Assembly (NCBI GenBank): GCA_963783305.1
Contig: CAWAMW010000014.1
Location: forward strand, 1 to 64,000
Length of the DNA stretch: 64,000 bases
From: an uncultured Gemmatimonadales bacterium
GTDB taxonomy: Bacteria > Gemmatimonadota > Gemmatimonadetes > Longimicrobiales > RSA9
Direction: 5' to 3'
Shown here: in pieces, positions 24,871 through 39,227 of the stretch
How the letters are laid out: each line of letters starts with the position of its first letter
Position numbering within the stretch: position 1 is the first letter of the stretch
The notes under the pieces: model-generated
What the model was told of the DNA's origin: nothing
The model's database searches: none
Seen by the model: the letters and a program-made list of their open reading frames with translations, nothing else
Program-made: the position numbers and the translations under genes

Positions 24871-27800
24871 ATGATTGATTTTCCGCGTTCCAGGGATACA
24901 CGGTCGAGTGACTTCGACTATATCCAGATCAAGATTGCGTCTCCCGAGGAGATCCGGAGCTGGTCGTACGGCGAGGTGACGAAGCCGGAGACGATCAACT
25001 ACCGGTCGTTCAAGCCGGAGCGGGACGGACTGTTCTGCGAGCGCATCTTCGGTCCGGTCAAGGACTGGGAGTGCCATTGCGGGAAGTACAAGCGGATCCG
25101 GTTCCGCGGTCATGTCTGCGACAAGTGCGGCGTGGAGGTGACGCTGTCGAAGGTGCGTCGCGAGCGGATGGGCCACATCGAGCTGGCCGTGCCGGTGGTG
25201 CACATCTGGTTCTTCAAGACGCTGCCGAGCCAGCTGGGGTACCTGCTGGGCATGACGCTGCGAGACCTCGAGAAGGTGGTCTACTACGCGAGCTACGTGG
25301 TGACCCATCCGGGGAAGCAGGAGGTGGAGTACCTCCAGCTGCTGGACGAGGATGAGTACTACGATCTGCGGGTGAAGGCCCGCGAGGAGGAGGACTCGAT
25401 CTTCAAGGCGGACATCGGCGCCGAAGCGGTGCGGACGCTGCTCCAGAAGCTGGACGATCCGACCCGCAAGGTCGACGACATGAACAAGGACGGGAAGGGT
25501 CTGGACCGGCTGGCCGACTGGCTCCGCCACGAGGTGGCGACGGAGACCAGCCAGCACCGCAAGAAGAAGAAGCTCAAGCGGCTCAAGGTGGTGGACTCGC
25601 TCCGCAACTCCGGTGCGACGCCGGAGCTCAGGAATCGTCCCGAGTGGATGGTCATGGACGTGGTCCCGGTCATCCCGCCGGACCTGCGCCCGCTGGTCCC
25701 GCTGGATGGCGGGCGGTTCGCCACGAGCGACCTGAACGACCTGTACCGCCGGGTGATCAACCGGAACAACCGGCTCAAGAAGCTCATGGACATGCGCGCG
25801 CCGGAGGTCATCCTCCGGAACGAGAAGCGGATGCTCCAGGAGGCGGTGGACGCGCTGTTCGACAACGGCCGCCGGAGCAAGGCGATTCGGGGCCGGGGCA
25901 AGCGGCCGCTCAAGTCGCTGTCCGACATGCTGAAGGGGAAGCAGGGTCGGTTCCGTCAGAACCTGCTCGGGAAGCGGGTGGACTACAGCGGCCGATCGGT
26001 GATCGTGGTCGGTCCCGAGCTGAAGCTGCACCAGTGCGGTCTGCCGAAGGCGATGGCGGTGGAGCTTTTCAAGCCGTTCATCATCCGTGAGCTGGAGAAG
26101 CACGGTGAGGCGGAGACGGTGAAGCGCGCCAAGAAGATCGTCGAGCGCGATGATCCCAAGGTGTACGAGGTCCTGGAAGACATCATCCGCGACCACCCCG
26201 TGCTGCTGAACCGCGCGCCCACACTGCACCGCCTGGGCATCCAGGCGTTCGAGCCGGTGCTGGTGGAGGGGAAGGCCATCCGGATCCACCCGCTCGTGTG
26301 CGCGGCGTTCAACGCCGACTTCGACGGGGACCAGATGGCGGTCCACCTCCCGCTGAGCTTCGAGGCCCAGCTGGAGGCGCGGGTGCTGATGCTCTCGAGC
26401 AACAACATCCTGCTGCCGTCGAACGGCCGACCCGTGGCCAGCCCGACCCAGGACATGGTGATCGGGAGCTACTTCCTGACGAAGCCGCCGATGGCGATCT
26501 CCGACGCGGAGGCCGAGGCGGAGCAGCCGAAGCTGACGCGCGAGCGGCGCGACGAGGTGGAGGCGAAGCTCAACAAGCTGTACGAGAAAGCGCCCCGCTT
26601 CGGTCGCTTCAGCGAGGCGGAGGCCGCGCTGGCGCTGGAGAACGTGACGTTCCACAGTCCGTGCTGGTTCTGGGTGGATCGCCGCTCCATGGACGAGGCC
26701 GAGGACGCGCCCCGCAAGGGGAAGTGGGTCCGGAGCACCGTGGGCCGGGTGATCTTCAACTCCGTGGTTCCGGAGGACATGGGCTTCTGGAACATCACCA
26801 TGGGCAAGCGCGAGCTCGGTGAGATCATCGCGCAGGCGTACGCCAAGGTGGGCCTCGGCCCGACGGTGGAGTTCCTGGATGGTCTGAAGGACTTCGGCTT
26901 CCGGTACTCCACGCTCGGCGGCATTTCGGTGGGTCTGGTCGACCTCCAGATCCCCGACGAGAAGGAAGCGATCCTGGCCGACGCCGACGAGGAGGTCACG
27001 CGCTTCCAGCGGGCCTACCAGAACGGCGTGATCTCCAACGGTGAGCGCTACAACAAGGTCATCGACACCTGGACGCACGCCAACAACGACGTGGCGGACG
27101 CCATGGTGCGGCGGCTGGAGCGGGCCGGCGAGGGCTTCAACCCGGTGTACATGATGATGAACTCCGGCGCCCGCGGTAACCGCGACCAGATGCGGCAGCT
27201 CGCCGGAATGCGCGGCCTCATGGCGAAGCCGCAGAAGAAGCTCACCGGTGGCATTGGCGAGATCATCGAGAGCCCCATCAAGTCGAACTTCCGTGAGGGG
27301 CTCACGGTGCTGGAGTACTTCATCTCCACGCACGGCGCGCGGAAGGGCCTGGCGGATACGGCGCTGAAGACGGCCGATGCCGGCTACCTGACGCGCCGCC
27401 TCGTGGACGTGGCGCAGGACGTGACGGTGACGACCGAGGACTGCGGTACGGTCCTCGGGATCGAGATGTCGGCGCTGAAGGAGGGCGAGGACATCATCGA
27501 GCCGCTGAAGGACAGGATCGTCGGGAACGTGGCGCTCGAGGATGTGATCGACCCGATCGATGGAGAAAAGATCGTCTCGGCCGGCGAGCTGGTGGACGAG
27601 GTGGCGGCCGACTCCATCGAGGACGCGGGGATCCAGTCAGTGCGGATCCGGAGCGTGCTCACGTGTGAGGCGAAGCGCGGGATCTGTCGGTCGTGCTACG
27701 GCCGCAACCTGGCCACCATGAAGGAGGTGGACCTGGGCGAGGCGGTGGGGATCCTGGCGGCCCAGAGCATCGGGGAGCCGGGGACCCAGCTGACGCTGCG

Positions 27801-29190
27801 GACGTTCCACATTGGCGGTACCGCGTCGCGGATCGCGGCGCAGACGCAGCGGAAGTCGAAGGTGGATGGCGCCATCACGTTCGAGCGCGTGGCTTCCGTG
27901 GAGACCCCGGAGGGTCTGCGGGTGGTGACGAGCCGCGAGGGCGAGATCGTGATGAAGACGAAGGAGGGCGCGGTGCGGAGCCGTCTGACGGTGCCGTACG
28001 GCGCCACGCTGGCCGTGGCCGATGGCGACGAGGTGGAGGCGGGCGACCTGCTGTTCAGCTGGGACCCGTACTCCGAGCCGATCGTTGCCGACCAGGCGGG
28101 CAAGGTGAAGTTCGTGGACATCGTGGACGAGGTCACGGTCCGCGAGGAGCTCGATGAGTCCACGGGCCGTCGGCAGCTGGTGATCATCGAGGACCGCGAG
28201 AAGAAGCTGCACCCTGCCATCTCGATCGTCGACTCGAAGGGCGAGAAGCTCCGCGAGTTCATCGTTCCGGTGGGCGCACAGCTTACGGTGCACGATGGCG
28301 ACAAGGTCGAGCCGGGGACCACTCTGGCGAAGATCAGCCGCGAGGTTTACAAGACCCGCGACATCACCGGCGGTCTGCCCCGGGTGGCCGAGCTGTTCGA
28401 GGCTCGGAAGCCCAAGGACCCGGCCGTGATCACGGAGATCGACGGAGGCATCCGCTTCGGTGGGATCAAGCGAGGGAAGCGTGAGGTCTTTGTCACTCCG
28501 GAAACGGGCGAGGAGCGGACCTACGACGTGCCTGTCGGTAAGCATCTCCGGGTGCACGAGGGCGACCGTGTTCGGGCGGGGGATCGCCTGAGTGAGGGAC
28601 CGGTCAATCCCCACGACATCCTGAAGATCAAGGGCCCGCGCGCGGTGCAGGAGTACCTGCTCAACGAGGTACAGGAGGTCTACCGGCTGCAGGGCGTGAA
28701 GATCAACGACAAGCACATCGGGGTGATCGTCCGGCAGATGCTGCAGAAGGTGCGCATCACGGATCCGGGCGAGACCCAGATGCTCGAGGGCGAGCATGTG
28801 GACCGCGCCGAGTTCCGCGAGGCCAACCAGCAGGTCATCGCCAAGGGCGCCATGCCCGCGCGGAGCGAGCCGCTCCTGCTCGGGATCACGAAGGCCAGCC
28901 TCACCACCGAGTCGTTCATCAGCGCCGCCTCCTTCCAGGAGACCACGCGCGTTCTGACCAATGCGGCCGTGCGAGGGGCCCGTGACGACCTCATCGGGCT
29001 GAAGGAGAACATCATTATCGGCCACCTGATTCCCGCGGGGACCGGCATCTATCGCTACCACGACGTGGAGTTCCTGGTGGACGAGCCCATCGGCGCCGAG
29101 GGCATGGACTTCGGCGACGAAGAGGAGCCGGATCCGTTCGCCGCCCTGGCGCGCAGCGCCGAGGCGGAGGGCGCGGGGGCCCTGGACTAG
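24871..29190 (+). CDS. rpoC: RNA polymerase beta' subunit
   Basis: NADFDGD, zinc-binding Cys motifs, GEPGTQLT. Confidence 0.99.
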   Translation: MIDFPRSRDTRSSDFDYIQIKIASPEEIRSWSYGEVTKPETINYRSFKPERDGLFCERIFGPVKDWECHCGKYKRIRFRGHVCDKCGVEVTLSKVRRERMGHIELAVPVVHIWFFKTLPSQLGYLLGMTLRDLEKVVYYASYVVTHPGKQEVEYLQLLDEDEYYDLRVKAREEEDSIFKADIGAEAVRTLLQKLDDPTRKVDDMNKDGKGLDRLADWLRHEVATETSQHRKKKKLKRLKVVDSLRNSGATPELRNRPEWMVMDVVPVIPPDLRPLVPLDGGRFATSDLNDLYRRVINRNNRLKKLMDMRAPEVILRNEKRMLQEAVDALFDNGRRSKAIRGRGKRPLKSLSDMLKGKQGRFRQNLLGKRVDYSGRSVIVVGPELKLHQCGLPKAMAVELFKPFIIRELEKHGEAETVKRAKKIVERDDPKVYEVLEDIIRDHPVLLNRAPTLHRLGIQAFEPVLVEGKAIRIHPLVCAAFNADFDGDQMAVHLPLSFEAQLEARVLMLSSNNILLPSNGRPVASPTQDMVIGSYFLTKPPMAISDAEAEAEQPKLTRERRDEVEAKLNKLYEKAPRFGRFSEAEAALALENVTFHSPCWFWVDRRSMDEAEDAPRKGKWVRSTVGRVIFNSVVPEDMGFWNITMGKRELGEIIAQAYAKVGLGPTVEFLDGLKDFGFRYSTLGGISVGLVDLQIPDEKEAILADADEEVTRFQRAYQNGVISNGERYNKVIDTWTHANNDVADAMVRRLERAGEGFNPVYMMMNSGARGNRDQMRQLAGMRGLMAKPQKKLTGGIGEIIESPIKSNFREGLTVLEYFISTHGARKGLADTALKTADAGYLTRRLVDVAQDVTVTTEDCGTVLGIEMSALKEGEDIIEPLKDRIVGNVALEDVIDPIDGEKIVSAGELVDEVAADSIEDAGIQSVRIRSVLTCEAKRGICRSCYGRNLATMKEVDLGEAVGILAAQSIGEPGTQLTLRTFHIGGTASRIAAQTQRKSKVDGAITFERVASVETPEGLRVVTSREGEIVMKTKEGAVRSRLTVPYGATLAVADGDEVEAGDLLFSWDPYSEPIVADQAGKVKFVDIVDEVTVREELDESTGRRQLVIIEDREKKLHPAISIVDSKGEKLREFIVPVGAQLTVHDGDKVEPGTTLAKISREVYKTRDITGGLPRVAELFEARKPKDPAVITEIDGGIRFGGIKRGKREVFVTPETGEERTYDVPVGKHLRVHEGDRVRAGDRLSEGPVNPHDILKIKGPRAVQEYLLNEVQEVYRLQGVKINDKHIGVIVRQMLQKVRITDPGETQMLEGEHVDRAEFREANQQVIAKGAMPARSEPLLLGITKASLTTESFISAASFQETTRVLTNAAVRGARDDLIGLKENIIIGHLIPAGTGIYRYHDVEFLVDEPIGAEGMDFGDEEEPDPFAALARSAEAEGAGALD

Positions 29191-29300
29191 CAGGGCGCGC
29201 CGGGCTCTCCAGGGAGCTCCGGCGCCGCCGCACGGCGGCGGCGGTCGGACCCGCGGGCGCGGGGCCCCTGCCGGGCCGGGGAGAGCGGAGATTTCGGGTG

Positions 29301-29343
29301 CGCCGGTTCCTTGACACATCGGGAACCGGCGTTTACCTTTTCT
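29301..29343 (+). terminator. Intrinsic terminator after rpoC
   Basis: Perfect 10-bp stem CGCCGGTTCC (29301-29310) / GGAACCGGCG (29322-29331), then TTTACCTTTTCT. Confidence 0.6.
29311..29339 (+). promoter_or_regulatory. Sigma70 promoter of the str operon
   Basis: TTGACA-17 bp-TACCTT upstream of rpsL. Confidence 0.7.
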
Positions 29344-29435
29344 AGTCTGTCCGGCCGCCGGTAGGCCGGCGATCGGCGGGGACGAACTGTCCCCGCGATT
29401 TTTTCGAAGTCGAGTCGCAGGAAGAACGGAAGCGA

Positions 29436-30279
<844 letters not shown>

Positions 30280-30450
30280 GGACCAGGAAGGAAGAACTGA
30301 GACGGGCTCTTAGGTCTCAGCTCTGAAAAACTCGAGAGGGTCGCAACCCCGCCACGTGCAGCGGGGCGATGCGACTGCCGCGGACGGTGCGCTGGTTTGC
30401 TCCGTCCGCGGAGTACTGGGATCAAAAATCGGATTGTTGAGCAAGTAAGA

Positions 30451-32547
30451 ATGCCTAGACAGACACCGCTACCGAAGCTGCGCAACATCGGCATCATGGC
30501 GCATATCGATGCCGGGAAGACGACGACGACGGAGCGCATCCTGTTCTACACGGGTCGGACGCACCGGATCGGCGAGGTGCACGATGGCGCGGCGACCATG
30601 GACTGGATGGAGCAGGAGCAGGAGCGGGGTATCACCATCACGTCCGCTGCCACGACGGCGCACTGGAAGCGCTTCGACGAGGAGCACCGGATCAACATCA
30701 TCGACACGCCCGGGCACGTCGACTTCACCGTCGAGGTGGAGCGGAGCCTGCGCGTACTGGATGGCGCGGTGGCGGTGTTCTGCGCGGTGGGTGGTGTGGA
30801 GCCGCAGTCGGAGACGGTGTGGCGTCAGGCCGACCGCTATGAGGTTCCGCGTATCGCGTTCGTCAACAAGATGGACCGCGTGGGCTCGGACTTCATGAAC
30901 GTGGTCGAGATGATCAAGGACCGTCTCGGTGCGCGGGCGTACCCGGTCCACCTCCCCCTGGGCGAGGGCGAGATGTTCACGGGCCTGATCGACATCGTCG
31001 AGCGCAAGGAGCTCGTCTATGACGCGGAGACGCTGGGCGCGAAGTGGGAAGAGGGCCCGGTGCCGGACAGTCTCTCCGACAAGGTCGAGACGCTCCGGCG
31101 CGAGCTGATCGAGGCGGCGGTGGAGTTCGATGACGAGCTGATGGAGAAGTACCTGGAGGGTGCCGAGCTCAGCACCGACGAGGTGCGTCGTGCGATCCGG
31201 AAGGCGACGATCGCCAACGGGATCACCCCGGTGCTGTGCGGGTCGGCATTCAAGAACAAGGGTGTCCAGCAGCTGCTGGACGCCATCGTGGACTACCTGC
31301 CGTCGCCGCTGGAGGTGAAGGCGATCGAGGGGCACCTTCCGCATCACGACGAGACGTTCGAGACGCGGGAGCCGAAGGATGACGCGCCCTTCGCGGCGCT
31401 GGCCTTCAAGATCGCTACGGACCCCTACGTGGGTCGGCTGACGTTCTTCCGGGTCTACAGCGGCTCGCTGCCCGCGGGTACGCACATCTACAACTCGACC
31501 CAGGACTCCAAGGAGCGTGTGGGACGCCTGCTGCAGATGCACGCGAACCACCGGGAAGAGCGCGACGAGGTGTACGCCGGCGACATCGCCGCGGCCATCG
31601 GGTTCAAGAACGTGAAGACGGGGGACACGCTGTGTGACGGCGACCACCCGATCATCCTGGAAGCCATGAACTTCCCGGAGCCCGTCATTGCCGTGGCCAT
31701 CGAGCCGAAGACGAAGGTGGACCAGGACAAGCTGACGCAGGGTCTGCAGAAGCTGGCGGAGGAGGACCCGACGTTCCGCGTCCATACGGATGATGAGTCG
31801 GGGCAGACGATCATTTCCGGAATGGGCGAGCTCCACCTGGAGATCATCGTGGACCGGCTGCGTCGCGAGTTCAAGGTGGACGCGAACATCGGTCGTCCTC
31901 AGGTGGCCTACCGCGAGGCGCTGAAGAAGTCGGCGCAGAAGGTGGAGGGCAAGTTCGTCCGGCAGACGGGTGGACGGGGCCAGTACGGCCACGTGGTGAT
32001 CAACATCATGCCCTCGGAGCCCGGCGCGGGATTCGTGTTCGACGACAAGATCGTCGGCGGCTCGATCCCCCGGGAGTACATCGGGAGTGTGGAGCAGGGG
32101 CTGAAGGAGGCCATGACGGGCGGCGTCCTGGCGGGATACCCGTTGATCGACGTGAAGGTCGAGCTGATCGACGGGTCGTACCACGACGTGGACTCGAACG
32201 AGATGGCGTTCAAGATCGCCGGGTCCATGGCCATGAAGGAGGGTGCGCGGCGGGCGGGCGTGACGCTGATGGAGCCCATCATGGACGTGGAGGTGGTGAC
32301 GCCGGGCGAGTACATGGGCGACGTCATGGGCGACCTGTCCAGCCGTCGTGGCAAGATTGGCGGGATGACGCAGCGTGCCGAGGCGCAGGTCATCGGCGCG
32401 AGTGTTCCGCTCTCCGAGATGTTCGGGTATTCGACGTCGCTGCGGTCGATGACGCAGGGTCGGGCCGTGTACTCGATGCAGTTCGCGAAGTACGAGGAAG
32501 TGCCGAAATCGAAGGCCGAAGAGATCATCTCCGAGATCAACGGGTAG
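30451..32547 (+). CDS. fusA: Elongation factor G
   Basis: [30 protein letters not shown]. Confidence 0.99.
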   Translation: MPRQTPLPKLRNIGIMAHIDAGKTTTTERILFYTGRTHRIGEVHDGAATMDWMEQEQERGITITSAATTAHWKRFDEEHRINIIDTPGHVDFTVEVERSLRVLDGAVAVFCAVGGVEPQSETVWRQADRYEVPRIAFVNKMDRVGSDFMNVVEMIKDRLGARAYPVHLPLGEGEMFTGLIDIVERKELVYDAETLGAKWEEGPVPDSLSDKVETLRRELIEAAVEFDDELMEKYLEGAELSTDEVRRAIRKATIANGITPVLCGSAFKNKGVQQLLDAIVDYLPSPLEVKAIEGHLPHHDETFETREPKDDAPFAALAFKIATDPYVGRLTFFRVYSGSLPAGTHIYNSTQDSKERVGRLLQMHANHREERDEVYAGDIAAAIGFKNVKTGDTLCDGDHPIILEAMNFPEPVIAVAIEPKTKVDQDKLTQGLQKLAEEDPTFRVHTDDESGQTIISGMGELHLEIIVDRLRREFKVDANIGRPQVAYREALKKSAQKVEGKFVRQTGGRGQYGHVVINIMPSEPGAGFVFDDKIVGGSIPREYIGSVEQGLKEAMTGGVLAGYPLIDVKVELIDGSYHDVDSNEMAFKIAGSMAMKEGARRAGVTLMEPIMDVEVVTPGEYMGDVMGDLSSRRGKIGGMTQRAEAQVIGASVPLSEMFGYSTSLRSMTQGRAVYSMQFAKYEEVPKSKAEEIISEING

Positions 32548-32559
32548 GGAGACGAGAGA

Positions 32560-33741
<1,182 letters not shown>

Positions 33742-33747
<6 letters not shown>

Positions 33748-33848
33748 GAGGCGGGAGTAGGAGGCAGGAGTAGGAGGCGGGAGTAGGAGGCGGGAGTAGG
33801 AGGCAGGAGTAGGACCGGTACTCTTACTCTTACTCTTACTCCTACTCT
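33742..33848 (+). repeat. Second copy of the 13-nt GAGTAGGAGGCRG x5 plus TACTCY x5 array
   Basis: Units at 33742-33806, partial unit to 33814, hexamers 33819-33848. Confidence 0.95.
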
Positions 33849-33924
33849 GGCAGACAAACCGGCGGAAACCGGGTAGCCGGCGAAGGTCGAGTCGGCAACA
33901 AGATTACGCGATGAAGGTGAGAAG

Positions 33925-34233
33925 ATGTCGGATACGATCCGGATCAGACTGAAGGCGTTCGATCACGCGGTGATCGACCAGACGGCGGCGGACATCGTCC
34001 GCACCGCGGAGAAGACGGGTGCACAGGTGAGCGGTCCGATTCCGCTGCCCACCCGGATCCAGCGGTGGACGGTGCTGCGCTCGCCGCATATCGACAAGAA
34101 GAGTCGTGAACAGTTCGAGCAGCGGACGCACAAGCGTGTGATCGACATCCTCGACTCGCGACCCCAGACGATCGACGCCCTGACGAAGCTGGATCTTCCG
34201 GCGGGCGTGGACGTCGAGATCAAGGTGGACTGA
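33925..34233 (+). CDS. rpsJ: 30S ribosomal protein S10
   Basis: [30 protein letters not shown]. Confidence 0.99.
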   Translation: MSDTIRIRLKAFDHAVIDQTAADIVRTAEKTGAQVSGPIPLPTRIQRWTVLRSPHIDKKSREQFEQRTHKRVIDILDSRPQTIDALTKLDLPAGVDVEIKVD

Positions 34234-34237
34234 CGTC

Positions 34238-34858
34238 ATGGTTGGATTGATTGGCAGAAAGCTAGGGATGACGCAGCTCTTCAGCGATGAAGGTGCGGCG
34301 GTCCCGGTAACGGTGATCCAGGCGGGCCCGTGCCCGGTGGTGCAGGTGAAGACCACGGAGACGGACGGCTACAACGCCGTGCAGCTGGGCTTCGGATCGC
34401 GCAAGGAAAAGCACTCGACGACGGCCGTCCGCGCCCACGCCGCCAAGGCGGGACTCGACGCGGCGCCGGTGTTCCTCCGGGAGTTCCGCGTGGAGAACGC
34501 GGCGGAGTACGAGGCGGGCCAGGAAGTCACCGTCGAGCAGTTCGAGGTGGGCCAGAAGGTCAAGGTGACGGGCACCACGAAGGGCCGTGGCTTCCAGGGC
34601 GTGGTGAAGCGCCACGGGTTCCGCGGCCGGCCGGGTGGGCACGGGCATCCGATGTCGCGGAACCCCGGCTCGATCGGGCCCGGCACGGACCCGTCGCGAG
34701 TGATCAAGGGCAAGAAGATGCCAGGACAGATGGGCGACGCGCGGAAAACGATCCGCAACCTGCGGGTGGAGCGCGTCGACGCGGAGCGGAACCTGATCTT
34801 CCTGCGCGGGTCGGTACCGGGGGCGAAGAACGCCACGGTCCTGATCCGGACGCAGTGA
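34238..34858 (+). CDS. rplC: 50S ribosomal protein L3
   Basis: GRKLGMTQ, KGRGFQGVVKRHGF. Confidence 0.99.
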   Translation: MVGLIGRKLGMTQLFSDEGAAVPVTVIQAGPCPVVQVKTTETDGYNAVQLGFGSRKEKHSTTAVRAHAAKAGLDAAPVFLREFRVENAAEYEAGQEVTVEQFEVGQKVKVTGTTKGRGFQGVVKRHGFRGRPGGHGHPMSRNPGSIGPGTDPSRVIKGKKMPGQMGDARKTIRNLRVERVDAERNLIFLRGSVPGAKNATVLIRTQ

Positions 34859-34878
34859 AGCGGGACGGGAGCATTACC

Positions 34879-35505
34879 ATGAAGGCACCGATCATCACGA
34901 TCGAGGGCGAGAGGACCGGCGAGCAGGAGCTGCCGGAATCCCTATTCGACGGCGTGGTTCACGAGCCGGCGATGTGGCAGACCGTGAAGGCGTACCTGGC
35001 CAATCAGCGGCAGGGGACGGCCTCCACGAAGAACCGTGCGCGGGTACGGGGCGGCAACAGCAAGCCCTGGCGTCAGAAGGGGACCGGCCGAGCCCGACAG
35101 GGCACGATCCGCGCGCCGCAGTGGCGCGGCGGCGGCCGGGTGTTCGGCCCCACGGCGGAGCGCAACTACAAGCAGGATGTGCCGAAGAAGCTGCGGTGGC
35201 TGGCGCGGCGATCGGCCTACAACGCCCGGGCGCTGGATGGGCGACTGCTGGTGGTGGAGTCGATCGAGCTGGACGCTCCGAAGACGAAGCGCATCGTCGG
35301 CATGCTGACGGGGGCGGAAGTACTGGGGAACGTCCTGATTCTGACCGACGGCACGAAGCCGACGGTCTGGAAGTCGGTGCGGAACCTCCAGGGCGTGCAG
35401 GTCCAGGCGTTCGGGAGCGAGTCCACCTATGACGTTCTCTGGTCAGACACGGTGATCGTGGAATCGGCGGCGCTCGAGCGCGCCGGGGAGGTGGCTCATG
35501 CGTGA
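34879..35505 (+). CDS. rplD: 50S ribosomal protein L4
   Basis: KPWRQKGTGRARQG..RAPQWRGGG. Confidence 0.98.
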   Translation: MKAPIITIEGERTGEQELPESLFDGVVHEPAMWQTVKAYLANQRQGTASTKNRARVRGGNSKPWRQKGTGRARQGTIRAPQWRGGGRVFGPTAERNYKQDVPKKLRWLARRSAYNARALDGRLLVVESIELDAPKTKRIVGMLTGAEVLGNVLILTDGTKPTVWKSVRNLQGVQVQAFGSESTYDVLWSDTVIVESAALERAGEVAHA

Positions 35506-35788
35506 TGCACGGGACGTGATCATCCGGCCGGTCGTGACCGAGCGGTCCACGATCATGGCGGACGAGCAGGACGCGTTCACCTTCATCGTGGCCGAGGACG
35601 CCAACAAGATCGATATCAAGCGGGCCGTCGAGCAGCTCTTCGACGTGAAGGTTCGGTCCGTGAACACCATGCGGTACCGGGGTAAATGGCGGCGGGTCGG
35701 CCGGAACTACGGCCGCCGGCCGAGCTTCAAGAAAGCGATCGTGAAGCTTGCCGATGGCGAGCGCATCGACGTGTACGAGGGGATCTGA
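35498..35788 (+). CDS. rplW: 50S ribosomal protein L23
   Basis: [32 protein letters not shown]. Confidence 0.98.
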   Translation: MRDARDVIIRPVVTERSTIMADEQDAFTFIVAEDANKIDIKRAVEQLFDVKVRSVNTMRYRGKWRRVGRNYGRRPSFKKAIVKLADGERIDVYEGI

Positions 35789-36627
35789 TGCCGATCAAGA
35801 AGTTCAAGGCGATGACACCGGGGACGCGGTTCCGGTCGGTCAGCACGACCGAGGAGATCACGCGTCAGGGCCCGGAGAAATCGCTGACGGAGCCGATTCG
35901 CAAGAAGGGCGGCCGCAACCACCACGGGCACATCACGATGCGCCGGCGGGGCGGAGGCCACAAGCGGCGCTATCGGAAGGTCGATTTCAAGCGCGAGAAG
36001 CACGGCGTGCCAGGGCGGGTCGCGGAGATCGAGTACGATCCGAACCGCACGGCGCATATCGCGCTGATCCAGTACGCGGATGGCGAGAAGCGCTACATTC
36101 TGGCGCCGCGCGGGCTGAGCCAGGGCGACGAGATCGTGTCCGGCCCGGGGAGCGACCCGCGGGTGGGCAACTCGCTGCCGCTGGGCGAGATTCCGCTGGG
36201 CAGCGCGGTGCACGCGGTAGAGCTGAAGCCGGGCCGGGGCGCGCAGGCGGTACGCTCGGCGGGGGTGGGTGCGCAGGTCATGGCGAAGGAAGGCGATTAC
36301 GTCACGCTGCGGATGCCGTCCACGGAAGTGCGGATGGTCCGTCGCGAGTGCGTGGCGACCATGGGCACGGTGGGCAACCAGGACCACGAGCTCCAGGTGG
36401 CGGGCAAGGCCGGGGCGACCCGGTGGAAGGGCCGACGTCCGAAGGTTCGTGGTGTGGCCATGAACCCGGTGGACCACCCTCTGGGTGGTGGCGAAGGCCG
36501 CTCGAGCGGTGGGCGTCCTCCGACGTCGCCGTGGGGGAAGCCGGAAGGCAAGAAGACGCGGAACCGGAAGAAGAAGTCCAACAAGTACATCGTGCGAGGC
36601 CGCAAGCGCGGCAAGTCGACGAAATAA
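35788..36627 (+). CDS. rplB: 50S ribosomal protein L2
   Basis: [25 protein letters not shown]. Confidence 0.99.
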   Translation: MPIKKFKAMTPGTRFRSVSTTEEITRQGPEKSLTEPIRKKGGRNHHGHITMRRRGGGHKRRYRKVDFKREKHGVPGRVAEIEYDPNRTAHIALIQYADGEKRYILAPRGLSQGDEIVSGPGSDPRVGNSLPLGEIPLGSAVHAVELKPGRGAQAVRSAGVGAQVMAKEGDYVTLRMPSTEVRMVRRECVATMGTVGNQDHELQVAGKAGATRWKGRRPKVRGVAMNPVDHPLGGGEGRSSGGRPPTSPWGKPEGKKTRNRKKKSNKYIVRGRKRGKSTK

Positions 36628-36633
36628 GGACCT

Positions 36634-36918
36634 ATGTCACGTTCCATCAAGAAGGGCCCGTACATCGACGACAAGCTCCTCCTCAAAGTGGAGGTGATGA
36701 ATGCGTCGAATAAGAAGCGAGTGATCAAGACCTGGGCGCGCGCGTCCACGATCTCTCCGGATTTCGTGGGTCATACGCTGGCCGTCCACAACGGGAACAA
36801 GTTCATCCCGGTCTATATCACCGAGAACATGGTGGGCCACAAGCTGGGCGAGTTCGCCCCGACGCGGCTGTTCCGTGGACACGGCGGCAAGCTGGCCGAC
36901 AAGCGGTCGAGGTTCTAA
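36634..36918 (+). CDS. rpsS: 30S ribosomal protein S19
   Basis: [21 protein letters not shown]. Confidence 0.99.
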   Translation: MSRSIKKGPYIDDKLLLKVEVMNASNKKRVIKTWARASTISPDFVGHTLAVHNGNKFIPVYITENMVGHKLGEFAPTRLFRGHGGKLADKRSRF

Positions 36919-37268
36919 TGGAAGCGATAGCGAAGTCCAGGCACATCCGGCAGAGCCCGCAGAAGATGCGGCTGGTGGTGGATGCGATCCGCGGCCGGAG
37001 CGTGAATGACGCGTACGCCGTGCTGCAGTACTCGAAGAAGCGCGCGGCGGAGGCGGTGGACAAGACGCTTCGGAGCGCCGTCGCGAATGCGCGGGACAAG
37101 GCCGAGCAGGCGGGCGATTTCGTGGACGTGGACACGCTCTACGTCAAGGAAGCGTTCGTCGATGAGGGGCCGTACTACAAGCGGTGGCGGGCTGCGGCGA
37201 TGGGCCGGCCGGCGCCGATCCGGAAGCCGACCGCGCATGTGACCGTCGTCGTGGACACGAAGGAGTAA
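36918..37268 (+). CDS. rplV: 50S ribosomal protein L22
   Basis: [25 protein letters not shown]. Confidence 0.98.
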   Translation: MEAIAKSRHIRQSPQKMRLVVDAIRGRSVNDAYAVLQYSKKRAAEAVDKTLRSAVANARDKAEQAGDFVDVDTLYVKEAFVDEGPYYKRWRAAAMGRPAPIRKPTAHVTVVVDTKE

Positions 37269-37270
37269 GA

Positions 37271-37927
37271 ATGGGTCAGAAGACGCACCCCCGTGGATTC
37301 CGTCTCGGAGTCATCAAGCCGTGGAAGAGCCGCTGGTACGCGGAGCGGAACTTCAGCGAGCTGCTGAAGGAGGATGAGACGATCCGGAAGTACCTCCATC
37401 GGCGACTGGCGCACGCGGCGGTGAGCGAGGTGGAGATCGAGCGGAAGCCGCAGAAGATCGTGGTGACAGTGAACACGGCGCGTCCCGGCGTGGTGATCGG
37501 GAAGCAGGGCAGCGAGGTGGACAAGCTGCGCGACGAGCTGGCGCACCTCACGAAGAGCGAGGTCTCCATCAACGTGGAGGAGGTCAAGCGGCCGGAGGTG
37601 AACGCACAGCTGGTAGCCGACAACGTGGCGCACCAGCTGACGCAGCGGATCAGCTTCCGCCGGGCCATGAAGCGGGCCGTGCAGTCGGCCATGCGGAGCG
37701 GCGCCGACGGGATCAAGATCCAGTGCGGCGGCCGTCTGGGCGGGGCGGAGATCGCCCGGTCCGAGGGATATCACGAGGGTCGCGTCCCGCTGCACACGCT
37801 GCGGGCGGACATCGATTACGCGCGATCGACCGCGAAGACGACATACGGCACCGTTGGAGTGAAGGTCTGGATCTTCAAGGGTGAAGTGATCGAGGATCGT
37901 CGCGGCCGTACCTATTCGACGGGCTGA
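37271..37927 (+). CDS. rpsC: 30S ribosomal protein S3
   Basis: [27 protein letters not shown]. Confidence 0.99.
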   Translation: MGQKTHPRGFRLGVIKPWKSRWYAERNFSELLKEDETIRKYLHRRLAHAAVSEVEIERKPQKIVVTVNTARPGVVIGKQGSEVDKLRDELAHLTKSEVSINVEEVKRPEVNAQLVADNVAHQLTQRISFRRAMKRAVQSAMRSGADGIKIQCGGRLGGAEIARSEGYHEGRVPLHTLRADIDYARSTAKTTYGTVGVKVWIFKGEVIEDRRGRTYSTG

Positions 37928-37942
37928 GGAAGGCGAAGGACG

Positions 37943-38368
37943 ATGCTGGCGCCGAAGCGAGTAAAATTCAGGAAGCAGATGAAGGGCCGTACCAAGGGTA
38001 TGGCTCAGCGAGGCAACAAGGTCAGCTTCGGGGACTATGGTCTCCAGGCGACCGAGCCGGGCTGGATCACGAACCGTCAGATCGAGGCGGCCCGTGTGGC
38101 GATGACGCGCCACATCAAGCGGGGCGGCAAGGTCTGGATCCGGATCTTCCCCGACAAGCCGGTCACGAAGAAGCCGGCGGAGACGCGGATGGGGAAGGGG
38201 AAGGGCAACCCGGAGTACTGGGTGGCGGTGGTGAAGCCGGGTCGCATGATGTTCGAGCTCGAGGGTGTGCCGGAGGACGTGGCGCGCCGGGCGTTCGATC
38301 TCGCGGCGGCCAAGCTCCCGCTCAAGACCCAGTTCGTACTCCGTTCGAAGCATGGAGGTGCGGAGTGA
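37943..38368 (+). CDS. rplP: 50S ribosomal protein L16
   Basis: [18 protein letters not shown]. Confidence 0.99.
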   Translation: MLAPKRVKFRKQMKGRTKGMAQRGNKVSFGDYGLQATEPGWITNRQIEAARVAMTRHIKRGGKVWIRIFPDKPVTKKPAETRMGKGKGNPEYWVAVVKPGRMMFELEGVPEDVARRAFDLAAAKLPLKTQFVLRSKHGGAE

Positions 38369-38568
38369 AGACCGAGGACATTCGGGAGCTGGGCGAGGCC
38401 GACATCGAGCAGAAGATCGAGGAGGCCCAGGAAGAGCTGTTCCGGCTGCGGTTCCGGAGCGCGACACAGATGCTGGAGAACCCGATGCTGGTGCGAACGC
38501 TCCGCCGGGACATAGCACGCATGAAGACGATCCTGCGGGAGCGCGAGCTCGAGCGGGTGGAGGGTTAG
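38365..38568 (+). CDS. rpmC: 50S ribosomal protein L29
   Basis: [20 protein letters not shown]. Confidence 0.97.
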   Translation: MKTEDIRELGEADIEQKIEEAQEELFRLRFRSATQMLENPMLVRTLRRDIARMKTILRERELERVEG

Positions 38569-38569
38569 A

Positions 38570-38851
38570 ATGGCGGATACGGCAGAGACGGCGGAAATGA
38601 CGCGCAACGAGCGCAAGACGCGCATCGGCACGGTGGTCAGCACGAAGATGGAGAAGACCATCGTCGTGGCCGTGGAGCGGCGGACAGCGCACCCGATCTA
38701 CGGGAAGCAGATGCTGCGAACGAAGAAGTTCCACGCCCATGACGAAGAGGGCCAGGCACGCGAGGGCGATACGGTGCGGATCATGGAGACCCGCCCGCTG
38801 TCGAAGAGCAAGCGCTGGCGCCTGATCGAAGTTCTCATGCGGGCGGAGTGA
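38570..38851 (+). CDS. rpsQ: 30S ribosomal protein S17
   Basis: [22 protein letters not shown]. Confidence 0.98.
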   Translation: MADTAETAEMTRNERKTRIGTVVSTKMEKTIVVAVERRTAHPIYGKQMLRTKKFHAHDEEGQAREGDTVRIMETRPLSKSKRWRLIEVLMRAE

Positions 38852-38858
38852 GGCGACA

Positions 38859-39227
38859 ATGATCCAGCAGGAGAGCATGGTCCGGATCGCCGACAACAGC
38901 GGCGCCAAGCAGGCGAAGTGCATTCGCGTGCTCGGTGGGTCGCGGCGTCGGTATGCGCGGGTGGGCGACGTGATCGTGGTTGCGGTCAAGGACGCGCTCC
39001 CGGATGGGACAGTGAAGAAGGGTGAGGTCGCGAAGGCGGTGGTGGTTCGCACGGCGAAGGAAGTCCGCCGCAAGGATGGCAGCTACATCCGCTTCGATGA
39101 CAACGCCGCAGTGATCATTAACGACACGGGTGAGCCGCGTGCGACGCGTATCTTCGGGCCGGTCGGCCGGGAGCTGCGCGAGAAGCAGTTCATGAAGATC
39201 GTGTCGCTGGCGCCGGAGGTGATTTGA
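38859..39227 (+). CDS. rplN: 50S ribosomal protein L14
   Basis: [21 protein letters not shown]. Confidence 0.99.
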   Translation: MIQQESMVRIADNSGAKQAKCIRVLGGSRRRYARVGDVIVVAVKDALPDGTVKKGEVAKAVVVRTAKEVRRKDGSYIRFDDNAAVIINDTGEPRATRIFGPVGRELREKQFMKIVSLAPEVI

